DNA of 64,000 nt from Octopus vulgaris. Lineage: Eukaryota. Within the stretch, counting starts at the first letter, position 1. The number at the start of each line of letters is the position of its first letter. Positions 63,841 through 64,000 of this stretch are shown here, piece by piece. Location of the stretch: NCBI GenBank assembly GCA_951406725.2, contig OX597827.1:41044001-41108000 (forward strand), written 5' to 3'. The notes under the pieces are model-generated. The model ran no database searches. It had not been told where the DNA came from and worked only from the letters and a program-made list of their open reading frames with translations. Made by a program: the position numbers and the translations under genes.

Positions 63841-64000
63841 TAAGAAAAAAGATATTAGCGGATGCTGCAATTATCTTATCGATTAACTGGTAAACTTAAT
63901 TTCACCGAAACTAATAATGTTTAATATCCGATATGTTTTTAGACCAACACTGAATCAAATAAATAACTAAATAAATAAATAGATTTTCGTGTCAGCTATA

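Overview
Eukaryotic, AT-rich, microsatellite-dense DNA whose SINE families look like those of an octopus (coleoid cephalopod); this is inferred from repeat content, not searched. One protein-coding gene can be built: an 11-coding-exon allantoicase-like (ALLC-family) gene on the minus strand (CDS 31704->5216, 1194 nt, 397 aa, all GT-AG introns, phases consistent). It keeps the two-repeat allantoicase scaffold but lacks the family's hallmark DGWETRR and PDGG motifs in both repeats, so it is a candidate pseudoenzyme paralog. Most of the rest is intronic or intergenic repeat: several SINE families, RTE-type LINE ends, piggyBac, mariner/pogo, hAT, Merlin-like, Helitron/Helentron-like non-autonomous elements, and microsatellites. 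Notable RNA-level signals are a U6 snRNA 3' fragment fused to a LINE/SINE-type 3' tail (2004-2105, minus), a minimal Penelope-type hammerhead ribozyme in a short insert within a microsatellite (40388-40422, minus) plus a decayed second one, several long fold-back elements, and a visible CpG-depletion boundary near 57 kb. Almost all ORFs in the supplied track are microsatellite or SINE artefacts. No CRISPR, rRNA or true tRNA genes were seen.
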